From Flavobacteriales bacterium (lineage in GTDB: Bacteria; Bacteroidota; Bacteroidia; Flavobacteriales_F; PHOS-HE28): a stretch of DNA of 64,000 nt. The notes beneath the pieces were generated by a model that saw only the letters and a list, made by a program, of their open reading frames with translations, was not told the DNA's origin and made no database searches. Position numbers and translations under genes: made by a program. Below, one piece after another: positions 10,041-19,674 of this stretch; the first letter of the stretch is position 1, and each line of letters opens with the position of its first letter. The stretch is from NCBI GenBank assembly GCA_016715995.1, contig JADJXF010000018.1, forward strand, positions 89,819 to 153,818, written 5' to 3'.

Positions 10041-11701
10041 ATGCAACGCCGCCTGATCGAATGCGTGCCCAATATCAGCGAGGGCCGCGACCGTGCCAAG
10101 ATCGACGCCATCGCCGCCGTGGTGGAGACCGTGGAAGGCGTTCGCCTGCTCGACGTGGACCCCGGCAAGGCGACGAATCGTACGGTGATCACCTTCGTGG
10201 GAGAGCCTGAGCCGGTGTGCGAGGCCGCCTTCCGCTTGATCCGTAAGGCGCAGGAGCTGATCGACATGCACGGCCATAAGGGCGAGCACCCGCGCTTCGG
10301 AGCCACGGATGTGTGTCCGCTGGTGCCCATCAGCGGCGTGAGCATGGAGGAGTGCGCCGCATATGCGAGGAAGCTCGGTCAGCGCGTGGGCAAGGAACTC
10401 GCCATACCGGTATACCTGTATGAAGCAGCGGCGAGCGAGGAGAAGCGCCGCAACCTGGCCAACAACCGGAGCGGTGAGTATGAAGGCCTGCCGAAGAAGC
10501 TGAGGGATGCTGCGTGGAAGCCCGACTTCGGCCCGGCGGAATTCAACGACAGCGTGGCGCGGAGCGGTGCCCTCGCCATCGGTGCGCGCAATTTCCTGGT
10601 AGCGTACAACGTGAACCTGAACACCACGAGCACGCGCCGCGCCAACGCCATCGCATTCGACATACGCGAGGCGGGCCGAAAGGTGAAGCAATCCGATGGC
10701 AGCGAGCTTCAAGTGCCAGGCAAACTGAAAAGCGTGAAGGGGATCGGCTGGTACATCGAGGAATACGGCATCGCTCAACTCTCCCTCAACCTTACAGACA
10801 TCACGATTACACCGGTACACATCGCCTTTGATGAAGCATGCACGAGCGCGAGCGAGCGTGGAATCCGCGTCACCGGCAGCGAACTGGTGGGCCTGATCCC
10901 GAAGCAGGCGTTGCTCGATGCAGCCGACTTCTACCAGCACGTCAAGAGCGCAGCCTCGGCATCCCCGAGCGCGAGAAGATCAAGATCGCCGTGAAGTCGC
11001 TCGGCTTGGATGACCTCGGCCCCTTCGACCCGCAGAAGAAAGTGATCGAATACATGCTGGAGGAGCCGGGCCAGGAGCGTCTGGTTCGAATGGACCTTAA
11101 GCGCTTCAGCGAGGAGACAGCCAGCGAGAGCCCGGCCCCGGGCGGTGGATCCGTGGCCGCATACGTGGGTGCGCTCGGAGTGGCGCTGGGCACGATGGTC
11201 GCCAACCTCAGCGCCCACAAGCGCGGGTGGGATGATCGCTGGAAGGAGTTCAGCGACTGGGCCGTGAAAGGCGAGAACCTCCGCCATGAGTTGCTCCTCT
11301 TGGTGGATGAGGATACGCGCGCCTTCGACCGTATCATGGCTGCCATGGGCCTGCCCAAGGGAAGCGACGAGGAGAAGAAAGCACGCAAGACGGCCATCAC
11401 GGAGGCCACGAAAGGCGCCATCAATACGCCGTTGCGCACCATGCAGGTGTGCGTGGAGAGCATGGGGCTGATGAAGGCGATGGCCGAACACGGCCTGCCC
11501 GCGAGCGTGAGCGACGCAGGCGTGGGCGCGTTGTGCGCACGCACCGGCGCGCTGGGGGCCTACCTCAACGTGCGCATCAACTGTGCAGGGCTCGACGATG
11601 CCGCCTTCAAGGACGACGTGCTGAAGAAAGCCGAAGCATTGAAGTCCGTGGCAGAGCAGCTGGAAGCCGAAGTGATGGCGCTGACCCTCGCCAAGGTGTA
11701 G
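10041..11701 (+). CDS. ftcD: bifunctional glutamate formimidoyltransferase / formimidoyltetrahydrofolate cyclodeaminase (FtcD-like), one frameshift near 10950
   Basis: N-domain MQRRLIECVPNISEGRD... (formiminotransferase) and C-domain ...APGGGSVAAYVGALGVALGTMVANLS... (cyclodeaminase) lie in two overlapping frames (ORFs 9975-10994 and 10838-11701). Adjacent to hutI. Confidence 0.8.
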
Positions 11702-11822
11702 CGCGGTTCTGAGTGGCGGTTGCCAATCACGGGGCCGTATAAGCCCATCTGACCAACCCACGACCGTTGATGAGGAGTGCCGGCTGGCACAACACGCAAC
11801 GCGCTACGGCCGTATCATTGGT

Positions 11823-14192
11823 GTGATCGCCCGCGCCATCATGACCGCAAGACATACCGTTCGCCCATGGTGGCGCCGCGTGCTCTACTTCTTCCCGTTG
11901 CAGCTCCTGCTGCTGCACCTGAAGAAGAACCACATGCTCCTGCTGGCTTGGCTGCTGCTCTTCGGTTATGTGACCGAGAGCCTTGGTGTGAAGTACGGGG
12001 TGCCCTACCTCTTCCTCTTCCCGGAGTATTTCGGCCGGGTCAGCCTTTTCTCCCACCTCATCACCGGCTTCGCGCTGGGCGGCTTCATCACAGCTTTCAA
12101 TCTGTACAGCTACGTGATGCACGGCTACCGCTTCCCGTTCATCGCCACCATTGCCCGGCCGTTCCTGAAGTTCAACGTCAACAACGCGATCATCCCGGTC
12201 GCCTTCGTGCTCACCTACCTGTTCTGCGCCGCGCGGTTCCAGCACGCGCAGGAACTCGTCCCCTGGTCGCGTGTCGCGCTCCACATGGCAGGCCTGGTCA
12301 TGGGCATCCTGCTGTTCATGGGCTTCGCGCTGCTCTACTTCACCCGCACCAACACCGACATCATCAAGCTGCTGGGGAAACCAGCCGAGGAGTACCGCCC
12401 AGCCGAACCGCTCATGGACATCCTGGGCCCGCAGCATGATGAGCCGCCCCATCGCCCGCAGGAGAAACGAAAGGCCATGCGGTGGCTGCGACGGCAGCAG
12501 CGCTCGGAGAAATGGCGTGTGGAGACCTACCTCACGCCGCGCCTCCGGATCATGCTGGCCCGGAGCAGCTCGCACTACGACCAGGAGCTCCTCCGCGACG
12601 TGCTCTGGCAGAATCACATCAACGGCTCCATCTTCGAAGTGGTGCTCATCGTCACCTTCATCGCGCTGGGGGCTTTCAGCAACGTGGCGCTGTTCGCCAT
12701 CCCCGCAGGCGCCAGCGCCTTCCTGCTCTTCACCATGCTGCTCATGCTCATCAGCGCCCTCTTCAGCTGGATGCAGGGATGGACCGGCACCGTGCTGCTG
12801 CTGCTGATCGTGGGGCTCAACCTCGTGAGCCAGCGCAGCGAACGGTTCCTCTACGACACGCATGCCTACGGCCTCGACTATAGCGCGCCGGCGTCGGTCT
12901 ATGACCGCGCGAACCTCACGCGCCTCGCGAACGACACCGCGGCGGCCACCGCCGATGCCCGGGCAATGCTCACCACGTTGGAGCGCTGGAAGGCCAACAA
13001 CCAGCGCTTCCTTCCGGAAGGAGGCAAGCCGAAACTCGTGGTGATCACCACCAGCGGCGGCGGGCTCCGCAGCATGCTCTGGTCGTACCGGTGCCTGCAG
13101 GCGGCCGATAGCATGCTGGGGGGCACATTGATGGAACGCGCCGTGCTCATGACCGGTTCCTCCGGCGGGGTGATCGGCGCCGCTTACTATCGCCAGTACG
13201 ATCTGGCGGATGCCCGCAACGGTGCCAAGGACCGCTTCGACCATGCAGTGCTCCAGGAGATCTCAGGCGACATGCTGAATCCGATCGCCTTCAGCTTCGT
13301 CACGAACGACATGTTCATCCGGTACCGCCATGTGGAGGATGGCGAACGGCGGTACACGCTGGACCGCGCCGAAGCTTTCGAGCGTCGCTTGAACGCGAAC
13401 ACACGTGGGCTGCTGGATGTGCGCCTGGGCGATTTCGCCGTTGATGAGCAGGCGGCTCGTACACCGATGCTGGTGGTGAGCCCGGTGAGCATCAACGACG
13501 GCCGTCGTGTGGTGATCGCCGCGCAGCCAGTCGCGTTCCTCACGGCCATCACACCGGCCGCCGGAGTGAACCTGCAGAGTCAGGCGGAGGCCGTGGAGTT
13601 CCGACGGTTCTTCGCCGCGCACGACCCGGACAACCTGAAGCTCACCAGCGCGCTGCGTATGAATGCCAGCTTCCCTTATATCACCCCGATCACCACGTTG
13701 CCCAGCGAGCCGGCGATGCGGGTGATGGATGCCGGCGTGCGCGACAATTACGGCTATCGCGCCACGCTTTCGTACCTGAGCACATTCCGAACGTGGATCG
13801 AAGCGAACACCAGTGGTGTGGTGGTGCTTCAGCTGCGCGATACCCAGAAGGAGCTGGAAGTGAAGCCGAGCAGTGCCTCGCTCCTAGGCCGTGTGCTCGA
13901 TCCGGTGGGCAACGTGTACGACAACTTCGTGCGCGTGCAAGATCAGGACTACGACCTCATGCTGCGGCTCTTCGAGCCCGCGGGCAGCGCGCCGCTTCAA
14001 GTGGTCGACGTGCAGCTCCGCCACGATGAGGAGGAGCGCATCTCCCTGAGCTGGCACCTGACGCGCGTGGAGCGCGACCGTGTCCTGCGTTCCGTGCACA
14101 GCCCTGCGAACCGCGCCGCGCTCGAACGGTTCGTCCGGCTGGTCCGGCCCGCTACGCCGGCCGTTGGCGATGCCAGCGTACCAGTCCGTTGA
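11823..14192 (+). CDS. patatin-like phospholipase with large N-terminal polytopic membrane domain
   Basis: About 8 hydrophobic helices in the first 330 aa. Patatin motifs: oxyanion hole VVITTSGGGLRS, nucleophile GSSGG (GxSxG), catalytic Asp MDAGVRDNYG. Confidence 0.8.
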   Translation: MIARAIMTARHTVRPWWRRVLYFFPLQLLLLHLKKNHMLLLAWLLLFGYVTESLGVKYGVPYLFLFPEYFGRVSLFSHLITGFALGGFITAFNLYSYVMHGYRFPFIATIARPFLKFNVNNAIIPVAFVLTYLFCAARFQHAQELVPWSRVALHMAGLVMGILLFMGFALLYFTRTNTDIIKLLGKPAEEYRPAEPLMDILGPQHDEPPHRPQEKRKAMRWLRRQQRSEKWRVETYLTPRLRIMLARSSSHYDQELLRDVLWQNHINGSIFEVVLIVTFIALGAFSNVALFAIPAGASAFLLFTMLLMLISALFSWMQGWTGTVLLLLIVGLNLVSQRSERFLYDTHAYGLDYSAPASVYDRANLTRLANDTAAATADARAMLTTLERWKANNQRFLPEGGKPKLVVITTSGGGLRSMLWSYRCLQAADSMLGGTLMERAVLMTGSSGGVIGAAYYRQYDLADARNGAKDRFDHAVLQEISGDMLNPIAFSFVTNDMFIRYRHVEDGERRYTLDRAEAFERRLNANTRGLLDVRLGDFAVDEQAARTPMLVVSPVSINDGRRVVIAAQPVAFLTAITPAAGVNLQSQAEAVEFRRFFAAHDPDNLKLTSALRMNASFPYITPITTLPSEPAMRVMDAGVRDNYGYRATLSYLSTFRTWIEANTSGVVVLQLRDTQKELEVKPSSASLLGRVLDPVGNVYDNFVRVQDQDYDLMLRLFEPAGSAPLQVVDVQLRHDEEERISLSWHLTRVERDRVLRSVHSPANRAALERFVRLVRPATPAVGDASVPVR

Positions 14193-15021
14193 GCGGATCG
14201 CGCTCCACAGCGAGCAGTTCCATACCGTGCTCCAGCAGGCAGGCCGACAGGATCTCTTGGAATCCCCAGGCCACGGATCCCGTGGCACGCACGGCCGCGC
14301 GCTGCTCCAAGGAATGGAATGGCTTGAATGCCTCAATGAAGGCGTGGAACCGGGCCGTGATCAATTCCCGCACGTACCCATGCTCGGTCAACGCCGACAG
14401 GCGTCCGGCGTACACCGCAAGCGCGCGCGACGGGAATGGTGAACGGTACACCTCTTCAAGGACTGTCGTGACCGACGGACCCTCAAGTCCGAAAAGGCTG
14501 ATGCTGATATCCTCTGGCATGCGTCGGTAGAAGGCATCCTGCAGCAGCGTGCGGCCGATATCAGCCCCGCTCCCCTCATCGCCGAGCACATAACCGAGGG
14601 AAGGCATGGACTGATGGACCCGGTCCCCATCGTACCAGCCCATATTCGATCCCGTGCCGAGCACAAGGACAAGGCCGGGGTCGGCGCCCCAAAGCCCACG
14701 AGCGGCTCCTTCCAGGTCCGTGCGCACCGAAATGGAAGCCGAGGTCCAAACCTGCTGGATGGCGCTCTGCATGGTGGCCGCGCGCTCCGGCGTCCCGCAT
14801 CCGGCACCGTAGGCGATGATGCGCCGGGCTTCCAAGGCCCGCGGCAGCCGCTGGTTGAAATAGGACGACACACCTTGGGCGAAGCGCACAGGATCGCCGC
14901 TCAGCGGATTCAGCCCGGGCATCGACTCGCCTGTGAGCGGCAGCACGGACTCCGTCACGCCTCCATCGAGGAACGCCCAACGGGAGGAGCTGCCGCCGAT
15001 CTCGGCGATGAGCAGGGCCAT
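14152..15021 (-). CDS. BadF/BadG/BcrA/BcrD-type ATPase (N-acetylglucosamine kinase-like)
   Basis: MALLIAEIGGSSSRWAF... (ASKHA-fold phosphate-1 motif) and LVLGTGSNMG. Confidence 0.7.
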   Translation of the reverse strand: MALLIAEIGGSSSRWAFLDGGVTESVLPLTGESMPGLNPLSGDPVRFAQGVSSYFNQRLPRALEARRIIAYGAGCGTPERAATMQSAIQQVWTSASISVRTDLEGAARGLWGADPGLVLVLGTGSNMGWYDGDRVHQSMPSLGYVLGDEGSGADIGRTLLQDAFYRRMPEDISISLFGLEGPSVTTVLEEVYRSPFPSRALAVYAGRLSALTEHGYVRELITARFHAFIEAFKPFHSLEQRAAVRATGSVAWGFQEILSACLLEHGMELLAVERDPLNGLVRWHRQRPA

Positions 15022-15045
15022 GCCGCTAAGATGGCCCCGACGGCC

Positions 15046-15729
15046 TCATTGGCCCGCGTTGAAAAGGAAATGATTGGGGCTGGCCAGCCCATTGCGCACC
15101 GCGTAGAGCACGACGGCAGCCGTACTGTTCACGCCAAGCTTCTGCATGATGTTGCGCCGGTGCGTGGTGATGGTGTGCGCGCTCAAGTGCAGCTGGTCGG
15201 CGATCCGCGTATAGGACTTGCCCTCGGCGATCAACCCGATGATCTCGCACTCGCGCTCACTGAGCGTGACCGGCGCGCATGAGAGCGGCTCGGCGATGAA
15301 ACGCTCCGCATCGTGTCCTGCCCGACGCAGCGTTTCCAGCACCTTTCCGCAGAAGTAGCGGTCGCCTGCGGCCGTGCTCACCACCGCATCGTGGATCTCC
15401 TTCAGGTCGCAATCCTTCTTCACATAACCCAAGGCACCGGCCTTCACCGCGTGAAGCACCATCATCGGCGACGGATCATGCGTGATGGCGACGAATCGGG
15501 TGCGGCGCGATCGCTTGATGCCATCGCGTATGTCGCGCGCGCTGAAACCTCCGGATACATGATCCATCAGCACGACATCGGGCCTGTGCCTCACCAACAA
15601 GGCCTGCAACGCGATGCCATCCCGCGCGGCGCCCACCACTTGCACTTGATCGCTCACCTCGAAAACCGCGCGCAGTCCAACGATCGCCAGTTCCCCATGA
15701 TCGGCCAGCAGCAACTTGATCGGGCTCAT
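15046..15729 (-). CDS. LuxR/FixJ-family response regulator
   Basis: Receiver domain (MSPIKLLLADHG...VVLMDHVSGG) plus C-terminal LuxR HTH (LSERECEIIGLIAEGKSYTRIADQLHLSAHTITTHRRNIMQKLG). Confidence 0.75.
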   Translation of the reverse strand: MSPIKLLLADHGELAIVGLRAVFEVSDQVQVVGAARDGIALQALLVRHRPDVVLMDHVSGGFSARDIRDGIKRSRRTRFVAITHDPSPMMVLHAVKAGALGYVKKDCDLKEIHDAVVSTAAGDRYFCGKVLETLRRAGHDAERFIAEPLSCAPVTLSERECEIIGLIAEGKSYTRIADQLHLSAHTITTHRRNIMQKLGVNSTAAVVLYAVRNGLASPNHFLFNAGQ

Positions 15730-15799
15730 TTCCAGTTTGGAATCATTCCAGATAGCGGGCGAATGTACCCGACTTCTCAGAACGACCGGCGAGCTTGTT

Positions 15800-16732
15800 C
15801 TACACGATCGTTCGTTCGTTGATCGAATACACCGCACCCTCCTCGCTCACCTCGGCATCCGGATAGATGGCTTGGGCTTCGGACAAGAGTTCATCGGTGC
15901 TCTTGTAGCGCGAGCTGAAATGACCGAGCAGCAGCCTGCGCGCACCAGCATCGCGGGCCATGGTCGCGGCCTCGGCAGCAGTGGAGTGCATGGTCTCCTT
16001 CGCGCGCCGCGCCAACTGCCGTGTGAATGTGGCCTCGTGGTAGAGGAGGTCCACCTCCTTCAGGTATGAGAGCAGTTCCGGCGCATAGGCGGTATCCGAG
16101 CAGTAGGCATACCGCCGTGGTGGTGGCGGCTCGTGCGTGAGGACGGCATTCGCTGTGACCGAGCCATCGGACTGCACCAGATCCTCTCCTTCCTTGATGC
16201 GCGCCCGCATGTGCGTCGGTATCAGGGGCAGGCAGTCCTTGCGCAACGGACGCAGCGCCTGGCTCTCCTCGAAGAGGAAGCCCGTGCAGGGGATGCGGTG
16301 CCGCAGCGCCAACAGCGTCACTGTCACGCGCTCATCCTGCCAGGCCATGCGACCGCTCACGGGTTCAAGCGGTCTGAACTCCAACTGGTAGCGCAGGAAG
16401 GTCCGCGAAGCGCGCAGTTGCACCTCTATGATCTCCTGGAGGGGCGGGGGACCATGGACGAGGAGCGTACGCGTGCGGCCCATGAGGTGCATCGAGCTGA
16501 TGAGCCCCATTAGGCCGAGATAGTGATCGCCATGCAGATGGCTGATGAAGATGTGGCCGATCCGGGAGAAGTTGGCCCCGACGGCGCGAAGGCGCTCCTG
16601 GGTACCCTCCCCGCAATCAATAAGGTAAGGCTCCTCATGAACCGTCAGCAGTTGCGCGGTCGGGTATCGGCCACGCGCAGGAAGGGCCGCGCCCGTGCCC
16701 AAGGTGATCAGCTCGAATCGGCGGTGGGCCAT
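15800..16732 (-). CDS. rnz: ribonuclease Z
   Basis: Metallo-beta-lactamase fold with HLHGDH motif. ~310 aa, typical short-form RNase Z. Confidence 0.85.
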   Translation of the reverse strand: MAHRRFELITLGTGAALPARGRYPTAQLLTVHEEPYLIDCGEGTQERLRAVGANFSRIGHIFISHLHGDHYLGLMGLISSMHLMGRTRTLLVHGPPPLQEIIEVQLRASRTFLRYQLEFRPLEPVSGRMAWQDERVTVTLLALRHRIPCTGFLFEESQALRPLRKDCLPLIPTHMRARIKEGEDLVQSDGSVTANAVLTHEPPPPRRYAYCSDTAYAPELLSYLKEVDLLYHEATFTRQLARRAKETMHSTAAEAATMARDAGARRLLLGHFSSRYKSTDELLSEAQAIYPDAEVSEEGAVYSINERTIV

Positions 16733-16784
16733 GGAAGGAAGAAGGCCCCGATAGGGGCCTTCAATCAGTGTTACTTCACTATGC

Positions 16785-17543
16785 TCACCGGTTCACCATC
16801 ATGCGCCCGGTGAAGGCCTCACGGCCGCTCTCGACCTTGAGCAGGTAAACGCCTTCCTGCAAGGTGCCCCCTTCATATGGTACGCGGTTCGCGCCAGCCT
16901 TGCCTTGGGTGCGGTGACTCCACAGCTCCTCGCCCAGCAGATTGAAGATACGCAGCTTGACATCACTGGCGCGCGCGAGCTGGAACTCAATCATGGTTCG
17001 GTTGCTGAACGGGTTCGGCACGTTGCGAACGCTCGCCAGTCCAATCGGCGCCAGCTCGGCCACAGCCGTGGGATCAAGAATGAAGATGCGGTAGCCCGTG
17101 AAGCTGAGGGGATACGGAATTGGGTTTCCGAACAAGGTGAAGTACCCTGTCACATTCAGCGTCAGTTCGAACAACCCTGCTTCCGACGGTGTCCCTTGGA
17201 CCACTCCGCAGCCGAGCACCGATGGCAGATAGGTGCATGGAGCTGGGGTCTGTGACGCGCATGCGACGGTGAGCCCGGCCGGAAGCCCGGTAACCCCATC
17301 GAACACCACTGAATCAATCTGAACCGCAGGAAAGGTCGGATCGATGTCCTGGGCATTCACTGGCACAATCAGGTTCAGGTCCTGCGAGTAGGGCATACCC
17401 AACTGGCCGGGCATGAAGTTCTGCGTGGTATCCGGCCAAACGCCGAAGACGCTATCCGCATAGAGCGGATTGGGCGTGCATGGCTGTGCGATTGCAGCGG
17501 CACAGGCGAAGGCGAATACGGTGGCGAGTAGCGTTCTGCTCAT
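16785..17543 (-). CDS. T9SS C-terminal sorting domain secreted protein
   Basis: Signal peptide MSRTLLATVFAFACAAAIAQ. C-terminal VRNVPNPFSNRTMIEF...GVYLLKVESGREAFTGRMMVNR is a CTD. Confidence 0.75.
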   Translation of the reverse strand: MSRTLLATVFAFACAAAIAQPCTPNPLYADSVFGVWPDTTQNFMPGQLGMPYSQDLNLIVPVNAQDIDPTFPAVQIDSVVFDGVTGLPAGLTVACASQTPAPCTYLPSVLGCGVVQGTPSEAGLFELTLNVTGYFTLFGNPIPYPLSFTGYRIFILDPTAVAELAPIGLASVRNVPNPFSNRTMIEFQLARASDVKLRIFNLLGEELWSHRTQGKAGANRVPYEGGTLQEGVYLLKVESGREAFTGRMMVNR

Positions 17544-17553
17544 GATTGTCGGT

Positions 17554-17928
17554 TCACTGTCCTTTGTTCACGTCCTTCTCAATCTCCTCCATGTACAGCA
17601 GATCCACCGCTTCAGCAGCCGTGGGCGTGATGGAGAGCACGGTCTCCAACTGCGAGATCTGCACCAGCTTCTGAACGGCTTCCTGCAAACCGCAGACCAC
17701 AAGGCCGCCGTTCACGCTCTTGCATAGTCGGTTCGCCACGAGCAGCGCGCTGAGCCCCGAGGAATCACAGTAACGCGTCGCGGTGAGATCGATGATGACG
17801 TTGCGCACCCCCGTCTTGTTGAGATAGACGAGTTCACTCTTCAATTCGGGCGCGCAGGTGGTGTCCAGCTTGTCCACGTTGCTGGTCACGAGCGTGTACC
17901 GCCCTTTGTCCTCGATGGTGAAGTTCAT
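17554..17928 (-). CDS. STAS-domain anti-sigma-factor antagonist
   Basis: 124 aa. SpoIIAA-like pattern ...IIDLTATRYCDSSGLSALLVANRLCK.... Confidence 0.8.
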   Translation of the reverse strand: MNFTIEDKGRYTLVTSNVDKLDTTCAPELKSELVYLNKTGVRNVIIDLTATRYCDSSGLSALLVANRLCKSVNGGLVVCGLQEAVQKLVQISQLETVLSITPTAAEAVDLLYMEEIEKDVNKGQ

Positions 17929-17997
17929 GGGAAAAGGCTTCCGGTCAAAGATAGTCAGGCGCTCCTTGGCTATGCAACGCCCGGAGCGCCCGCACTT

Positions 17998-18981
17998 TCA
18001 AACACCGGTTCGTGGGATACGGGCCGCCAGCAGGTACAGCACAGCCATGCGGATGGCGACGCCATTCTCGACCTGGTCCAGGATGATGCTGTTGGCATGA
18101 TCCGCGACCTCGCTGGTGACCTCCACGCCGCGGTTGATGGGCCCGGGATGCATGATGACCACATCGCGGCCGATCCTCTGGTAGCGTTCGATATCCAGCC
18201 CGTAGAGCATGGCGTATTCCCGCAGGCTCGGGAAGTTGGCGATGCCATCGCCGTTCTGCCGCTCCAGCTGGATCCGCAGCATGTTCGCCACATCGCACCA
18301 GCGCAAGGCCTTGTCGAGATCGCGCTCCACCTTCACGCCCAGCGCGTCGATGTGCTTGGGCATGAGGGTGCTGGGACCGCAGAGCATCACCTCGGCGCCG
18401 AGCATCTGCAGGCAGAAGATGTTGCTGAGGGCCACACGGCTGTGCAGGATGTCGCCCACGATCAGGACCTTCACGCCGCGCACGCGTCCGAGCTTCTCTC
18501 GGATGCTGTAGGCATCGAGCAGCGCCTGCGTCGGATGCTCGTGCGTGCCATCACCTGCGTTCACGATCCGGGCATCCACATGGCGGCTCAGGAACTGCGC
18601 GGCGCCGGGGTCGGGATGGCGCATCACCACCATGTCCACCTTCATCGCCAGGATGTTATTCACCGTATCCACCAACGTCTCCCCCTTGCTCACGCTGCTA
18701 CCGCCGCTGCTGAAGTTCACCACATCCGCGCTGAGGCGACGCTCCGCCAGCTCGAAGCTCACGCGTGTGCGCGTGCTGCTCTCGAAGAACAGGTTGGCGA
18801 TGGTGATGTCGCGCAGCGAAGGCACCTTCTTGATGGGTCGTCCCAGCACCTCCTTGAAGCCATCCGCCGTCCGGAAGATGAGCTCGATATCGGCAGCGCC
18901 CAGGTCCCTGATGCCCAGGAGATGCTCCACGCTCAGCTGGTCGCTTGGTGGTGTACTGGGGGACTTGGTCTTCAGGCTCAT
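17998..18981 (-). CDS. pyrB: aspartate carbamoyltransferase catalytic subunit
   Basis: STRTR, HPTQALLD and HPGP motifs. ~327 aa. Confidence 0.9.
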   Translation of the reverse strand: MSLKTKSPSTPPSDQLSVEHLLGIRDLGAADIELIFRTADGFKEVLGRPIKKVPSLRDITIANLFFESSTRTRVSFELAERRLSADVVNFSSGGSSVSKGETLVDTVNNILAMKVDMVVMRHPDPGAAQFLSRHVDARIVNAGDGTHEHPTQALLDAYSIREKLGRVRGVKVLIVGDILHSRVALSNIFCLQMLGAEVMLCGPSTLMPKHIDALGVKVERDLDKALRWCDVANMLRIQLERQNGDGIANFPSLREYAMLYGLDIERYQRIGRDVVIMHPGPINRGVEVTSEVADHANSIILDQVENGVAIRMAVLYLLAARIPRTGV

Positions 18982-19571
18982 TGATCAGCGGTTGATCCCT
19001 TGGCGATGCCTGATGCGACGCGGCCACCGCCATCGCTGGTGTGCAGGATCACACGGTCCTGCCCGTCGATTTCCTTCCACTCCACCGTCACCCGCTGGTC
19101 GCCGATGCTGTCCACCCACTTGCCGACATAGTCCGATTGGATGGGCAGTTCCCGGCTGAACCGCCGGTCGATGAGGACGAGCAGGTGAACGGATGAAGGA
19201 CGACCGAAGGCCAGCAGCGCATCGAGCCCGGCGCGGATGCTCCGGCCGGTGTAGAGCACATCATCCACGAGCACCACCTTGCGTCCCTCCAAATCGAAAT
19301 CGAGCGCGGTGACACTGGGCGTGGCCGGCGTGGCCCGATGCCGGAAATCATCGCGGTGGAAGGTGATGTCCAGCTCGCCATAGGCATGATGCTGCTGCCC
19401 GATGATGCTCCGCAGCTCGTCGCGGAGCCGACGGGCAAGGAGCACACCGCGCGGTTGCAGGCCGATGAGGGCCAGGCCCTCCAGCTTCCCATGATCCTCG
19501 ATGAGCTGATGACAAAGCCGCGTGACCGTGAGGCCGAAGGCCTTGCTCGCCAAGAGGGTCACCGGTTTCAT
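18978..19571 (-). CDS. pyrR: bifunctional pyrimidine operon regulator / uracil phosphoribosyltransferase
   Basis: PRT-fold motif VVLVDDVLYTGRSIRAGLDAL. 4-nt ATGA overlap with pyrB. Confidence 0.9.
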   Translation of the reverse strand: MKPVTLLASKAFGLTVTRLCHQLIEDHGKLEGLALIGLQPRGVLLARRLRDELRSIIGQQHHAYGELDITFHRDDFRHRATPATPSVTALDFDLEGRKVVLVDDVLYTGRSIRAGLDALLAFGRPSSVHLLVLIDRRFSRELPIQSDYVGKWVDSIGDQRVTVEWKEIDGQDRVILHTSDGGGRVASGIAKGSTADQ

Positions 19572-19626
19572 CGCACTTCCCGCCCGAGCGGAACGCGCCG
19601 AAGATAACGGGGCGCCTTGGTGAACG

Positions 19627-19655
19627 ACGAAGCCCCCGGTGGCCGGGGGCTTCGC
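19627..19655 (-). terminator. putative terminator downstream of rpsA
   Basis: Hairpin gaagcccccgg-tg-gccgggggcttcg between the rpsA stop (19675) and the pyrR start. Confidence 0.4.
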
Positions 19656-19674
19656 ATCCGTATCAGTCCGCGCT

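Noticed and set aside
11727-13244. 505-aa minus-strand ORF
   Set aside because: Antisense to the patatin-like phospholipase gene, with the same antisense composition artefact. The other long antisense ORFs (9954-10940 over ftcD, 23735-25438 over the FG-GAP gene, 28185-29360, 55495-57288 over abgT, 59545-60456) are rejected for the same reason.
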